From positions 1 to 43,861 of the IMG/VR virus record IMGVR_UViG_3300032171_000006: 43,861 nucleotides of DNA. One strand, written 5' to 3'. Every line of letters begins with the position of its first letter. Within the stretch, counting starts at the first letter, position 1. This DNA is from a virus (taxonomy: Duplodnaviria; Caudoviricetes). The position numbers and the translations under genes are program-made. The notes beneath the pieces are model-generated. The model saw only the letters and a program-made list of their open reading frames with translations, was not told where the DNA came from and did no database searches. Positions 28,019 to 36,908 of this stretch are shown one piece after another.

Positions 28019-28246
28019 ATGGGAGAGATTAACGGGGATTTCAAGATGAAAACCGCTGAATGGCAGGGTTATGTTAAACGGGCATTGGAAGATATTGCTG
28101 GTTCGCAGAAAGAAATTAAGCACCGCCTTGAGAAGCTAGAAACAAGAATCACAGGCGTTCAGGTAAAAGTCGGGGCTATCGGGGGAACTGTGGCATTAAT
28201 AGTAACTATTGTTACTTTGCTTTTAAAACATTTTTTATTCGGATAA
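28019..28246 (+). CDS. Coiled-coil plus C-terminal TM protein (XhlA/holin-like)
   Basis: RLEKLETRI coiled coil followed by a hydrophobic tail. Confidence 0.6.
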   Translation: MGEINGDFKMKTAEWQGYVKRALEDIAGSQKEIKHRLEKLETRITGVQVKVGAIGGTVALIVTIVTLLLKHFLFG

Positions 28247-28250
28247 TGGT

Positions 28251-28730
28251 ATGAGAAAGGTTTTGGTGGTCACTATCATATTTATCATATTTGTTATACC
28301 TGGCCATCTTAACCTTTCTCCTGAAGATATAGCTATATATGTTTCTAAGGCCGACCTTTATAAAGAGCTGTTTAAAGAGCCATTTGAAATTTTATTGCTC
28401 CAGACTTGGGATGGTAAGATTTATACATTGTCTAACCGATTAGACAATCAGATTATTATCCCGATTTATTATCTTAAAGAGATATTAGCTAAAGATGGTT
28501 ATAAAATCTCTGACCTTATTGTTGTTATCCATAACCATCATTTTATTTTTAGGTTCTCTAAAGCCGACCTTAGATATTACCGCCTTCTTAAACAAGAGGG
28601 ATTTCATGGTTTATTCTTATTATATCTCCAATCTACAGGGGGAGTGAAGCGATATGTCGAAATCAATGGAAAAGCTGAAGCAGAAAGTCTTGAAAGAAGC
28701 ATTAGCCGAATGGCGGGCAAAACATATTGA
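28251..28730 (+). CDS. JAB/MPN-like domain protein with N-terminal hydrophobic segment
   Basis: Upstream E (PFEILLL) and IHNH......S..D metal motif. Confidence 0.55.
   Translation: MRKVLVVTIIFIIFVIPGHLNLSPEDIAIYVSKADLYKELFKEPFEILLLQTWDGKIYTLSNRLDNQIIIPIYYLKEILAKDGYKISDLIVVIHNHHFIFRFSKADLRYYRLLKQEGFHGLFLLYLQSTGGVKRYVEINGKAEAESLERSISRMAGKTY
28429..28446. promoter_or_regulatory. Dispersed palindrome copy 3 (imperfect)
   Basis: ATTGTCTAA-CCGA-TTAGACAAT. Confidence 0.55.
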
Positions 28731-28950
28731 CCAATGGGAGAAGAATTTACAGGTCGCTATTGCTATCCGTGACGACCCAGACGCCAGTAACAAAGATAAA
28801 AATGAAGCTATAAAGATTATCAGCCGAATGCTAGGTATCCTTCAGCCCGAAAGAGTGGGGAGTAAAGAAAAGAAAGAAGAACCCAAAAAGAAAGAGCCAG
28901 AATTAAGCCCCGAAGAGGAAAAATTGCTTGAGCAGATTCTCAATGAATAA
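28654..28950 (+). CDS. Putative terminase small subunit
   Basis: Helical protein (D..ASNKDK.EA.K.I..MLG) immediately upstream of TerL. Confidence 0.55.
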   Translation: MSKSMEKLKQKVLKEALAEWRAKHIDQWEKNLQVAIAIRDDPDASNKDKNEAIKIISRMLGILQPERVGSKEKKEEPKKKEPELSPEEEKLLEQILNE

Positions 28951-28952
28951 CC

Positions 28953-30557
28953 ATGAAATACTCTATCGCCTTCCTTAGAAAACTTTGTGACTCATCCTTC
29001 TTTTATTTTGTCAAAATTATCGGTGGCTCTGTTCCCGAAGCGGGCGGAGATGTAAGCAAAGAAATTCATAAGCCCATCTGTGACTTTATTCAAAATCCCC
29101 TAAACAAGAGAATAGGAATTGCTCTACCCAGAGATTGGTTTAAAAGCACTGTATTTACTAGATGGAATGTTGTTTGGAATTATCTTCAAAACCCTGAATG
29201 TCGACAGTTAGTCGCTTCGGAAAATGAAAGAATTGTTACTAACTTCATGGATTGGATTCAAAAACAATTCTTATACAATGAACTTTTAAGAAAAGTTTAT
29301 TATGACAGATTAAAAGATGTTACAGAAGAATGGACAAAGAAAAACAGATGGTCAAAAACTGCTATCGAATTACCTCGTAAAGGCATTTATGCTGAACCAT
29401 CTATTCAGGCTATTGGTGTAGGCGGGGCAGCACAATCAGGGCATTATGATTTTATCCATATAGACGACCTTGTTGGAGAAAGAGCTATTGAGTCGCCATC
29501 TATTCTTGAAGATGCTATGAGGTGGTTTGATAATGTAAACGAATTATTAAAGAATCCAGATTGGACAGATGCTAATGGAAGTAGAATTAAGATAGTGGGG
29601 ACTCATTGGGCATTAGGAGATTTCTTCTGCTATATTCAGGAAAAATATCCGCAATATGTATGGAAAATAGTTCCCGCCCTCAAATCAACTGAATTATGTA
29701 AAAAGCGACAGCGACCCAATATTCATTATATTAATAATCCTAAAGTCGAGGAAGAGGAAAGTAATTTCCCTCTCTTTCCTACCTCAATATATAAAGAAAT
29801 GAAAGCTGACCCAGAAAGACAAGTTATCTTCTGGTGTCAACATATGAATATGCCTCAAAGTAGTGAAGGATTCAATAAATTTGAAGCTGATTGGATAAGA
29901 TATTATCATTTTGAGAAAGACGAAAATGGGCAGGATATAATTGTATGCGACGATGATGGCGAAGAATTTCCTGTTAACTCGATTTTATGGTATGGACTTA
30001 TCGACCCTGGTGGATTTACTGAAAAGAAATTAACTAAGCGAAGTTCCAAGAATGCTATTTTAGTTGCTGGGCAGCCTAAAAATTCAATCAAGAAATTTGT
30101 AAGATATACATGGTCAAAAAGATTGAAAACTCCCTCGGATTTTCTTGACGAAATCTTTAAAGCCCATAAGGAATGTAATGTTGTTCATTGGAAAATAGAA
30201 ACAGTAGCTGCCCAGGAATATATACGAAGAGATATTCTAGAAGCAGCTAGAGAAAGGGGAATAGCTTTACCTATTTCCCCAATGGAAGCTGATGTTAGAA
30301 AAGATGCGAAAGATATAGACATTCAAGCATTGATTAGTCCGTTATTTAACGGTGAAATATATATTCATAGGTCAATGGCTGATTTAAGGCATGAAATAAT
30401 CAATTACCCCAACTCTTTAACCGTAGATTTACTTGATATGTTGGCTAAGTTCTATAAATTCTTTGGTCGCAGGAAGAAAGTAAGTGACCTTGAAGAATGG
30501 AATCGCCGAAGGAATAGAATGATTAGTAGAGCTAGAAATCCCGTGACGGGGTATTAG
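28953..30557 (+). CDS. terL: Terminase large subunit
   Basis: LPRDWFKST Walker A variant, G.HYD.I.IDDLV Walker B, VGTHW...D, Q.MN.P, IDP nuclease motif, IE..AAQ and DLLD motifs. Confidence 0.92.
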   Translation: MKYSIAFLRKLCDSSFFYFVKIIGGSVPEAGGDVSKEIHKPICDFIQNPLNKRIGIALPRDWFKSTVFTRWNVVWNYLQNPECRQLVASENERIVTNFMDWIQKQFLYNELLRKVYYDRLKDVTEEWTKKNRWSKTAIELPRKGIYAEPSIQAIGVGGAAQSGHYDFIHIDDLVGERAIESPSILEDAMRWFDNVNELLKNPDWTDANGSRIKIVGTHWALGDFFCYIQEKYPQYVWKIVPALKSTELCKKRQRPNIHYINNPKVEEEESNFPLFPTSIYKEMKADPERQVIFWCQHMNMPQSSEGFNKFEADWIRYYHFEKDENGQDIIVCDDDGEEFPVNSILWYGLIDPGGFTEKKLTKRSSKNAILVAGQPKNSIKKFVRYTWSKRLKTPSDFLDEIFKAHKECNVVHWKIETVAAQEYIRRDILEAARERGIALPISPMEADVRKDAKDIDIQALISPLFNGEIYIHRSMADLRHEIINYPNSLTVDLLDMLAKFYKFFGRRKKVSDLEEWNRRRNRMISRARNPVTGY

Positions 30558-30855
30558 CTTTTAATTTCTCTTCTATCTCTTTTATCTCTTCATCAGAAAG
30601 AAGCTCTACCCTTGAGAGATGACATTCCCATCGAGCTTTAGTTGCCACTCTTTTTAAGAAAGAAACAGCAAGGTCTTTACATAACCCGTTCGATAGAGCC
30701 TTTTCGAATTCTCCTGATTTAAATTCATAAGGGGCTATTGCCTGTTCTGGAATAAATAGAGAATAAGTTACGGTAGTTGTAGTTTTAGCTTTACATTTGA
30801 TTAATAAATCCCCACCTTTAAATTGTGCCTCGATACTAAATTTAAATTTTTCCAT
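30532..30855 (-). CDS. Hypothetical protein
   Basis: Last ORF of the minus arm; converges on and overlaps terL. Confidence 0.65.
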   Translation of the reverse strand: MEKFKFSIEAQFKGGDLLIKCKAKTTTTVTYSLFIPEQAIAPYEFKSGEFEKALSNGLCKDLAVSFLKRVATKARWECHLSRVELLSDEEIKEIEEKLKANTPSRDF

Positions 30856-31211
30856 TACAATAACTCTCCTATATCTTCTCCATACGCCACATCACTATCC
30901 CGTGGAATATCATCCTGGTCGCCAGCTATCTTCTTTATTGCTTTAATAATCTCGTTGCTATACTCTACTGGAAAATAAACCACCATATACTTGCCCGATT
31001 TTCCTTTATTTCCCTTGGTTCGCTTCCAATGTATTTGCCCGTTCCAGTCAAAAAACGGGGCGATACCTATACGGTTATAAACATGATTCCAATGAATATA
31101 CCACCCGTCATTAGTCGTATTCCCGTCCTTTTTCCTATAAACCTTAATCCCTTGAAACTGAGCTAGAAAATCACCCGTATAAAATTTATTGCTCTTTCTT
31201 ACTTTGGGCAT
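30855..31211 (-). CDS. Hypothetical protein
   Basis: ORF in operon; W/Y-rich beta protein with acidic tail. Confidence 0.7.
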   Translation of the reverse strand: MPKVRKSNKFYTGDFLAQFQGIKVYRKKDGNTTNDGWYIHWNHVYNRIGIAPFFDWNGQIHWKRTKGNKGKSGKYMVVYFPVEYSNEIIKAIKKIAGDQDDIPRDSDVAYGEDIGELL

Positions 31212-31533
31212 CCTTATTCCTCGCTGTCTCTAATCCATGTTTAAGGCCTAAAAAATAATTTTCCTGAATTACGATTTCTTCTGTAAATGGAAAATAATCA
31301 TCGGGTTCTGGTATTTCTATTCCCTTTTTATACCAATCCTCAAAATAATCTCGTTTTATTTCTTCTAATTGAGCTAAGGCTTCCTCAATAGTCTCACCAT
31401 CTCCCACAAAGGCATATCTACCTAATTCTGGTATTTCTGCTCTCCATCCGCCACCCCATTCTTTTGGTGTGGGGGTTAGTTCAATTTTATAGCGTAGTTT
31501 TAAATAATAGTCTAAGTCTTTTTTCTTTTCCAT
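31186..31533 (-). CDS. hicB: HicB-family antitoxin-like protein
   Basis: LDYYL.L.Y.IEL......GGGW.AEIPELG.....GDGET.EEAL..L.......G..IPEP. Confidence 0.88.
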   Translation of the reverse strand: MEKKKDLDYYLKLRYKIELTPTPKEWGGGWRAEIPELGRYAFVGDGETIEEALAQLEEIKRDYFEDWYKKGIEIPEPDDYFPFTEEIVIQENYFLGLKHGLETARNKDAQSKKEQ

Positions 31534-31660
31534 TTTTCTCTTTTAGCTTGGTCTAATAATTTTTTGATTTTCATCTTTTGCTGTTTGCTTTTAGCATTCT
31601 TATAACAAAATTCAATAAAAGACACAGGAACATCAACTATGTATTTAACTTCTTTCTTTT

Positions 31661-31915
31661 TCATTTCTCTCTCCATGGAACATCTACTATTTCATCTTTA
31701 TCAAGAGACTCTCTGACTCCAAACGTTCCTTCCCATTTACCCATATTGATAATAAAATCTACATTCTGGGCGAATGCTTTATCATAGTAGCCCAACTTAT
31801 CGATAGCATCCTCTTCATCTTGGGCGACCAGTAAAAAACTATTCCTTTGTTGATTCCCTATGTCCCCAATTACCGTCTCAATGTAATAAACATAAACAAT
31901 AGGGTCTTCAGACAT
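31661..31915 (-). CDS. Hypothetical acidic protein
   Basis: LVAQDEEDA motif; RBS. Confidence 0.65.
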   Translation of the reverse strand: MSEDPIVYVYYIETVIGDIGNQQRNSFLLVAQDEEDAIDKLGYYDKAFAQNVDFIINMGKWEGTFGVRESLDKDEIVDVPWREK

Positions 31916-32198
31916 TTCGTTTCCCCTTTCTTATATCTAAAACTTCGTCCAGCTTTATTTGTCTGGACGGGCTGTAATAAATAGTCAGTTTAAGATATCT
32001 CAATAACTCATTTAGAATCCTATTTACTGGAAGCCAATATTCTTTTGTCACCATCATCCGAGAACTTATTTTATCCGTATAAACAACCTTTATATCTGTT
32101 TTGTTTCTTAATCCCTCTATCCTAGACCGCAAGTAAACAAATCCACATAATAGTAACGCTAAATTCACCGCCCATAAAATTAAGAGTAATTTAAACAT
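31908..32198 (-). CDS. N-terminal TM protein
   Basis: Hydrophobic N-terminus. Confidence 0.65.
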   Translation of the reverse strand: MFKLLLILWAVNLALLLCGFVYLRSRIEGLRNKTDIKVVYTDKISSRMMVTKEYWLPVNRILNELLRYLKLTIYYSPSRQIKLDEVLDIRKGKRNV

Positions 32199-32199
32199 C

Positions 32200-32538
32200 T
32201 CACTTCTCCTTTGGTAATAAACTTTTTAGGAATTCTAATTCTGCTTCTGCTCGTTCTTTACAAACAGGACATACCATTCCGTATCCAAAAATTTCTCCAA
32301 TAAATATATTATGCGTCTCTACTTGATGTATAAGCCATTCAACATAGGGTGTATTACGACAGTCTGGTTCTCCTGTTTTTAGGTAAACAGGGCATCCCAC
32401 GCATCTTTTTTTATAAAACAAATGACATAAAGCACAATTATCACCACCTCTATCTACACCTTCGCCCCCAACAATATCTTCCCATTTCTTTATTGATTCT
32501 TTCAAGGCCCCAAGCGTTTCTTTATCCATTATCTTCAC
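32200..32538 (-). CDS. Cys-rich phage protein
   Basis: L..SI.KW..I.........C.LC......C.GCPV...TG...C..TPY motif. Confidence 0.75.
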   Translation of the reverse strand: MKIMDKETLGALKESIKKWEDIVGGEGVDRGGDNCALCHLFYKKRCVGCPVYLKTGEPDCRNTPYVEWLIHQVETHNIFIGEIFGYGMVCPVCKERAEAELEFLKSLLPKEK

Positions 32539-32909
32539 CCTAATAAATCATTCCAAGATAAAGGCATTTCCGCCCGATTAATCCCTTCCCATGCTTCCCA
32601 CCAGTTTTTAGGGGCACTACCCCCCTCGAAATTACCCTCTAGAACGCCCTCAGACGCCCGTAGAGACGAGTTTATACCCGAATGAATACCAGACCCTTTG
32701 GAAGCCATTTTCCGCTTTTCTACGGCCTTCTCAGCCCGTTTTTGCTCGAACGTCATAGCTTGTTTCTTGCTTTTAATTTCAGTTTTAAACTCTTTCTCCA
32801 GCCCTTGGATATATTTTACTAATCTCATGGCACAACGCCCACAGATTACTTCACAGTCTTTTCTTATATTGCCCTTAACTTCCCGTCCACAAATATAACA
32901 TCTAATCAT
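32535..32909 (-). CDS. Zn-finger protein
   Basis: CYIC ... CGRC. Confidence 0.7.
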   Translation of the reverse strand: MIRCYICGREVKGNIRKDCEVICGRCAMRLVKYIQGLEKEFKTEIKSKKQAMTFEQKRAEKAVEKRKMASKGSGIHSGINSSLRASEGVLEGNFEGGSAPKNWWEAWEGINRAEMPLSWNDLLG

Positions 32910-32933
32910 TGTTCTTCTTCCATTATATCCTAT

Positions 32934-33149
32934 TTAATCATCATTGTCAACAGATTTTTTATAATCTGTCTCATAGAATCCCGCCCCTTTAAAATGGACG
33001 AACGGGATAGTCGGTAGTTTCTCCCATTCTCTTTTACGGCATTTCGGGCAGGGAGTAGTCTCCATCGCAAACTGGATATACTTATTACTGGGTAGCAGGA
33101 CTTCCTTAGTCGTTCCACACCACTTACATTTAAAAACATAAAGAGGCAT
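32934..33149 (-). CDS. FmdB-family zinc-ribbon protein
   Basis: MPLY.FKC..CG ... CPKC ... FKGAGFYETDY. Confidence 0.88.
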   Translation of the reverse strand: MPLYVFKCKWCGTTKEVLLPSNKYIQFAMETTPCPKCRKREWEKLPTIPFVHFKGAGFYETDYKKSVDNDD

Positions 33150-33164
33150 AGCAGCCCCCTTCTA

Positions 33165-33383
33165 TTAAAGATTTAATGCTTTAATAGCCTCTGGAAGCCA
33201 CCAATAAGTCGGGCGATAAACTTCTTCTCTATTCTGGTTGTGTTTCAGCACTAATACATATCGCTTATCATCCATTACAACATGAGCTTTCCCCCCATAT
33301 TCATCTTCTAAGGAGATTATTGGCTTTGTAATACTCCCCGATTCCAGTTTAATCTGGTTATAAGTCTTAACTTTCCGATACAT
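33165..33383 (-). CDS. Hypothetical protein
   Basis: GGAGG RBS. Confidence 0.6.
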   Translation of the reverse strand: MYRKVKTYNQIKLESGSITKPIISLEDEYGGKAHVVMDDKRYVLVLKHNQNREEVYRPTYWWLPEAIKALNL

Positions 33384-33648
33384 TTTTACCCTCCTTTTTT
33401 AACTTTTTCCTTCGCCGTTTTTCGGCCTGTAATGTTTTAATAAGCCAATCAAGGCGTTCGTTGCTCATCCGTTCTCTATTCTTTAAGGTCTCCCAATCAT
33501 CACGGTAAACAACATAGGAAATCTTATTTTTTCCTTTTTGCTCAAAAACGACCATATGGGATAACCCACAATCGCAACAAGTAAACCAATAAGCCTTTTT
33601 AAATTCATAATACTGCGGTTCTCCGTTCATTACACTATAAGTCTTCAT
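33367..33648 (-). CDS. Hypothetical protein
   Basis: CCDCGL.H motif seen in phage proteins. Confidence 0.7.
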   Translation of the reverse strand: MKTYSVMNGEPQYYEFKKAYWFTCCDCGLSHMVVFEQKGKNKISYVVYRDDWETLKNRERMSNERLDWLIKTLQAEKRRRKKLKKEGKNVSES

Positions 33649-33863
33649 CTCTCCTCCTTTAATTCTATTGCTCTATCCTCATTAAGAGCCAAGAAAAACT
33701 TTAACCATTTAATAAACCCTTTACTTACTTTCTTTCGGCAATACCATTGCATTAAAGTCGCTATTTTATGTTCGCCCTTGGTAAGCATTACCGTTTCCTC
33801 TTGTTCTGGTCGGTCTGGTGCTGGATAAATAAGATGATGTTCTTGTATTACTTGCTTACCCAC
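33645..33863 (-). CDS. Degenerate HNH-like small protein
   Basis: EHHLIY.......ETV.L..GEH; probable GTG start at 33863. Confidence 0.5.
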   Translation of the reverse strand: MGKQVIQEHHLIYPAPDRPEQEETVMLTKGEHKIATLMQWYCRKKVSKGFIKWLKFFLALNEDRAIELKEER

Positions 33864-34038
33864 GCCTTTTATCCTTTCTGTTTGATGGAAATAAAATTTC
33901 CCGCCTAGCTTCGGCGGAGGATAAATGTTTCTTTCGACAACTGTTTGAGCAATATCTAATAAACGGGCTGTCAGTAACAAATTGTTTACCGCAGCACCAA
34001 CATTTACGAGAGTATAAGTCGGCTTGTGTCTGGCACAT
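33856..34038 (-). CDS. Zn-finger protein
   Basis: C..CGK.F.......YCS.SC motif. Confidence 0.7.
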   Translation of the reverse strand: MCQTQADLYSRKCWCCGKQFVTDSPFIRYCSNSCRKKHLSSAEARREILFPSNRKDKRRG

Positions 34039-34048
34039 TTTTATCCCC

Positions 34049-34288
34049 CTAATCTTCTGATAGTGCCTTTTTTATTTCCTTTCTTAAAAGTCTTCTTTGT
34101 ATTTCCCTGCCCAGCTCTTGATATATCCCATAACCACTACATAAGTAAGGCCCATGGCTATCAACATTTGCTTGGAGCATTAAGAACATATCCACTAACC
34201 TATCATCATCCAACGCTGTAAGCGGTAACACTTTAACTTCACCCTCAATTTTTTCCTCTTTTTTTTCTTTCTTCTGTTTCTTTTTCAT
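34049..34288 (-). CDS. Hypothetical protein
   Basis: GGAGG RBS. Confidence 0.65.
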   Translation of the reverse strand: MKKKQKKEKKEEKIEGEVKVLPLTALDDDRLVDMFLMLQANVDSHGPYLCSGYGIYQELGREIQRRLLRKEIKKALSED

Positions 34289-34622
34289 TTTTACCCTCCT
34301 TTAACTTTCCGATTAATAAATCCATATAATTCCTTAAATCTACATCAGTATCAATCAACGATTCGTTCTTCGGCCGAGTATTTCCGCCCGCTAATTTCAT
34401 CAATCTTACCAGTTTATGAAGGATAAAAAACTTTATTACCCCGATTGGTGTCTTAACATCTATATCGAATATCTTACATAGCTCGGTCAGAGTATTAAAA
34501 TTGTAATATACATCATTACTGAACGCATAATCAGTATTCTTGGCGACCAGTAATTCTCTGGCCTTTTTATTAATCTCATCGCTTATTAAAAGTAAATTCT
34601 CAATTCTCATTTTATCCTCCAT
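34245..34622 (-). CDS. DUF1599 / nucleotide-modification-associated-domain-like helical protein
   Basis: L..KN.DYA...D...NF ... K..RL ... ESL.D...DL.NY..L motif. Confidence 0.7.
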   Translation of the reverse strand: MEDKMRIENLLLISDEINKKARELLVAKNTDYAFSNDVYYNFNTLTELCKIFDIDVKTPIGVIKFFILHKLVRLMKLAGGNTRPKNESLIDTDVDLRNYMDLLIGKLKEGKNEKETEERKKRGKN

Positions 34623-34623
34623 T

Positions 34624-34640
34624 TGTCTAACGGTTAGACA
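34624..34640. promoter_or_regulatory. Dispersed palindrome copy 4
   Basis: TGTCTAAC-G-GTTAGACA; the reverse complement of 34618-34644 matches 262-288 at 26 of 27 positions. Confidence 0.7.
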
Positions 34641-35100
34641 TTTCGGGCAAGTAATTCATTTCCGCCACAAAATCTTTAAGAAACTCAATCCCATCCCGTA
34701 ATTTAGTAAACGCTATATCGGCCGTCCTTTGGACAAACTCATATAAATACGCCTCAGTTTTAGGCATATCGTTAATATAAATTATAAACTTTCCTTTCGC
34801 TCTGGCATACCCTATCTCGGCCGATGTTCCCGAATGCCTACTGTCGCATCGACGAAGGTAAGCAAAGACTATATCCGCCCTGTCAATCTTCATGTAGTCG
34901 GCGAACAAAAAAACCTTGTTCTCTTCATGCTCTTTCTTTAGGCGATAATATCCATAATCTATCTGGTCAATAGGCGACAGCCACTCCACAGGCAGACCTT
35001 CAAGAGCCTTCATTACTTTAGGTCGCCAGCGGTCTTCTTTGGCAATATCGCCAGCCAAGTAAATCTTAAGCATCATTCTTTTCTCTTTCCTCAGAATCAC
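34627..35100 (-). CDS. Nucleoside 2-deoxyribosyltransferase / DNPH1-like N-glycosidase
   Basis: KIYLAG, D...IDRADIVFA and SGT.AEIGYA.A.GK motifs. Confidence 0.88.
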   Translation of the reverse strand: MILRKEKRMMLKIYLAGDIAKEDRWRPKVMKALEGLPVEWLSPIDQIDYGYYRLKKEHEENKVFLFADYMKIDRADIVFAYLRRCDSRHSGTSAEIGYARAKGKFIIYINDMPKTEAYLYEFVQRTADIAFTKLRDGIEFLKDFVAEMNYLPEMSNR

Positions 35101-35257
35101 AATAATCTTTAAATGTTTTTATAATTTTTTCTATATCTTCTTTACTGAATTTTTCCCAACTGGGACACCATAAAACTAATCCAGTGTATTTACAAAGAGG
35201 ATATAATCCTTGAATATAGGCATATAATCTAGGTAAAAAATTATTTTTATTTTTCAA
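35066..35257 (-). CDS. Hypothetical protein
   Basis: ORF in operon. Confidence 0.5.
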   Translation of the reverse strand: MKNKNNFLPRLYAYIQGLYPLCKYTGLVLWCPSWEKFSKEDIEKIIKTFKDYCDSEEREKNDA

Positions 35258-35510
35258 AGAAAACCTCCCCGTTTTCCTTTTGTTTTTCTTCCTCGTAAGG
35301 GTTTATCCGTCGTCTGAAAAATTCCTGCTTTACGCATTCAAGCACCCCAATAACTTCGTTATAATCAGTGTAGCATAATCGAGGCTTCCTTGTCAAGTAA
35401 AAACATATTAACCGCACAATCATATAATTTAATTCACCAGGCGTCTTGATTTCAGGGAACTGAGTCTTTGAATTAAGAATCTCTCGGCGTTCTTTTTTAA
35501 TATAAGGCAT
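35247..35510 (-). CDS. Conserved phage protein (MPYIK family, DUF6899-like)
   Basis: MPYIK..R ... GELNY.I ... Y..YNE.IG.LEC.K.EF.RR...PYE..K..ENG. Confidence 0.75.
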   Translation of the reverse strand: MPYIKKERREILNSKTQFPEIKTPGELNYMIVRLICFYLTRKPRLCYTDYNEVIGVLECVKQEFFRRRINPYEEEKQKENGEVFFEK

Positions 35511-35512
35511 TT

Positions 35513-35761
35513 TTATCCTTCTTTATTAACTATTTCCCATTCTAAACGATATATTTCCTCTTCAGTAAAACCCATATCTATTCCACCATCCTCTCTATAT
35601 CCACATCCGCACCACCAATACCATGGTCGTTGAGGGGGATTGGTAGGGTAAATATAATTCTCATATCGTTTTATCATTTTTTTACCGCATTCAGGACAAA
35701 TTTTCATTTCTTCATCTCCTTTTTCTCGAATAAGTTTTTCCGCACCAAGTAAATTTCCCAT
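35513..35761 (-). CDS. Zn-ribbon protein
   Basis: CPECG ... W.WWCGCG; real start probably at MKICPEC. Confidence 0.65.
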   Translation of the reverse strand: MGNLLGAEKLIREKGDEEMKICPECGKKMIKRYENYIYPTNPPQRPWYWWCGCGYREDGGIDMGFTEEEIYRLEWEIVNKEG

Positions 35762-36482
35762 TAATAATTATCGGAACATAATAAGTAAAATATCCTTTAG
35801 AATCAAAAAAGAAAACCCCGAAAGCATTTACCCAGCGATTAGGCTTATTTCTTCGATAACTAGGGTTTAAATCACAAAGGCAGCCTAAACTTTGCCCAAC
35901 AATTGGCTTTTGCTCATAATTAGCTTTAGTATAAGCCTGAACATCATGAACATGACCATAGAAAATATTATCCCCCATTTCTGTCACTGTCTTGGCAGCA
36001 TGATATTTATTCCAATACCAGCCATGAATAAAATTAGCATGCCCTACTCGATAAGCCCGCCCTTCTTCAACTACTTTATAACCACGTTTTTCTAGATGAA
36101 GATTATAATCCAACCCAATAAGCCCTTCTACTTGAGGATTGGCTGCTATCCAACTTGCCAATCTAGCATCATGATTCCCAATAAGAAATACTTTCTTTTC
36201 TTTAGTGAATTTGTCAATGATATCCAGAATCTGATTAGCCAATTCAAAATCATGCTTTAATCTCCGCCCTTCACGCAGAATATAATTATTCTCAGTGTAA
36301 TTAGAAATAATATCAAACTCAATAAAATCGCCCATAATAATAGTTTCATCTGGTCGAAAATCTTTACCAAACTCCAAAGCTGCCCATAAAGCATCCGCTG
36401 TTCCATCTTCCCATCCTCGACGAGTGGGAATAGTGGTTACATGTATATCGGGAAGAGCGAGAACTGTATATCCCTCTTTCAA
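35712..36482 (-). CDS. Calcineurin-like metallophosphoesterase
   Basis: DIH, GDF, GNHD, HG and GHVH motifs; GCLC. Confidence 0.9.
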   Translation of the reverse strand: MKEGYTVLALPDIHVTTIPTRRGWEDGTADALWAALEFGKDFRPDETIIMGDFIEFDIISNYTENNYILREGRRLKHDFELANQILDIIDKFTKEKKVFLIGNHDARLASWIAANPQVEGLIGLDYNLHLEKRGYKVVEEGRAYRVGHANFIHGWYWNKYHAAKTVTEMGDNIFYGHVHDVQAYTKANYEQKPIVGQSLGCLCDLNPSYRRNKPNRWVNAFGVFFFDSKGYFTYYVPIIINGKFTWCGKTYSRKRR

Positions 36483-36685
36483 TTCACCGACTCCTTGACA
36501 GGCTTAAAGAAGGCATCCAGCATTTTTCTTTCTATTATCTTGCTGGCCTCTTCGATTGAATGAGTAATTACTTTCTTGGTCGGTTGATCGTCATTCATTT
36601 CAACAAAGAATAGTAAGTAATGCCCGTCGGGTAACTGCTCAATAACAACAGTAAGGGTATCCGAAGTAGTAATTAATGTTGTCAT
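36479..36685 (-). CDS. Hypothetical protein
   Basis: GGAGGT RBS. Confidence 0.65.
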   Translation of the reverse strand: MTTLITTSDTLTVVIEQLPDGHYLLFFVEMNDDQPTKKVITHSIEEASKIIERKMLDAFFKPVKESVN

Positions 36686-36719
36686 TCTTACCTCCGTGTA
36701 AAACTATTGATTTTTTATC

Positions 36720-36908
36720 TTACTTATTCTTCTCTAATTTTTTAATTTCAAATTCTACCCATCGCCTAAAACCATCTAGATGATGCACTTTTTTTCTGAG
36801 TTCATGAAGCCGTGCTTCTGTTTTATGGGCAAAAACCACAAAACACAAACAAAGCACCAAAAATGGGATGCCCATAAATAACATTATTGCTTCCATTTTT
36901 ACCTCCAT
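36720..36908 (-). CDS. Small TM plus coiled-coil protein
   Basis: Hydrophobic N-terminus. Confidence 0.6.
   Translation of the reverse strand: MEVKMEAIMLFMGIPFLVLCLCFVVFAHKTEARLHELRKKVHHLDGFRRWVEFEIKKLEKNK

Noticed and set aside
4230-30091. Minus-strand ORFs within the plus arm (e.g. 4230-4676, 6682-7104, 9625-10014, 24058-24432) and alternate-frame ORFs
   Set aside because: Shadows of well-supported genes, with no RBS or recognisable motifs
28654-30557. Unusual terminase position far from the portal
   Set aside because: Terminase after the lysis genes is the standard T7-like podovirus order
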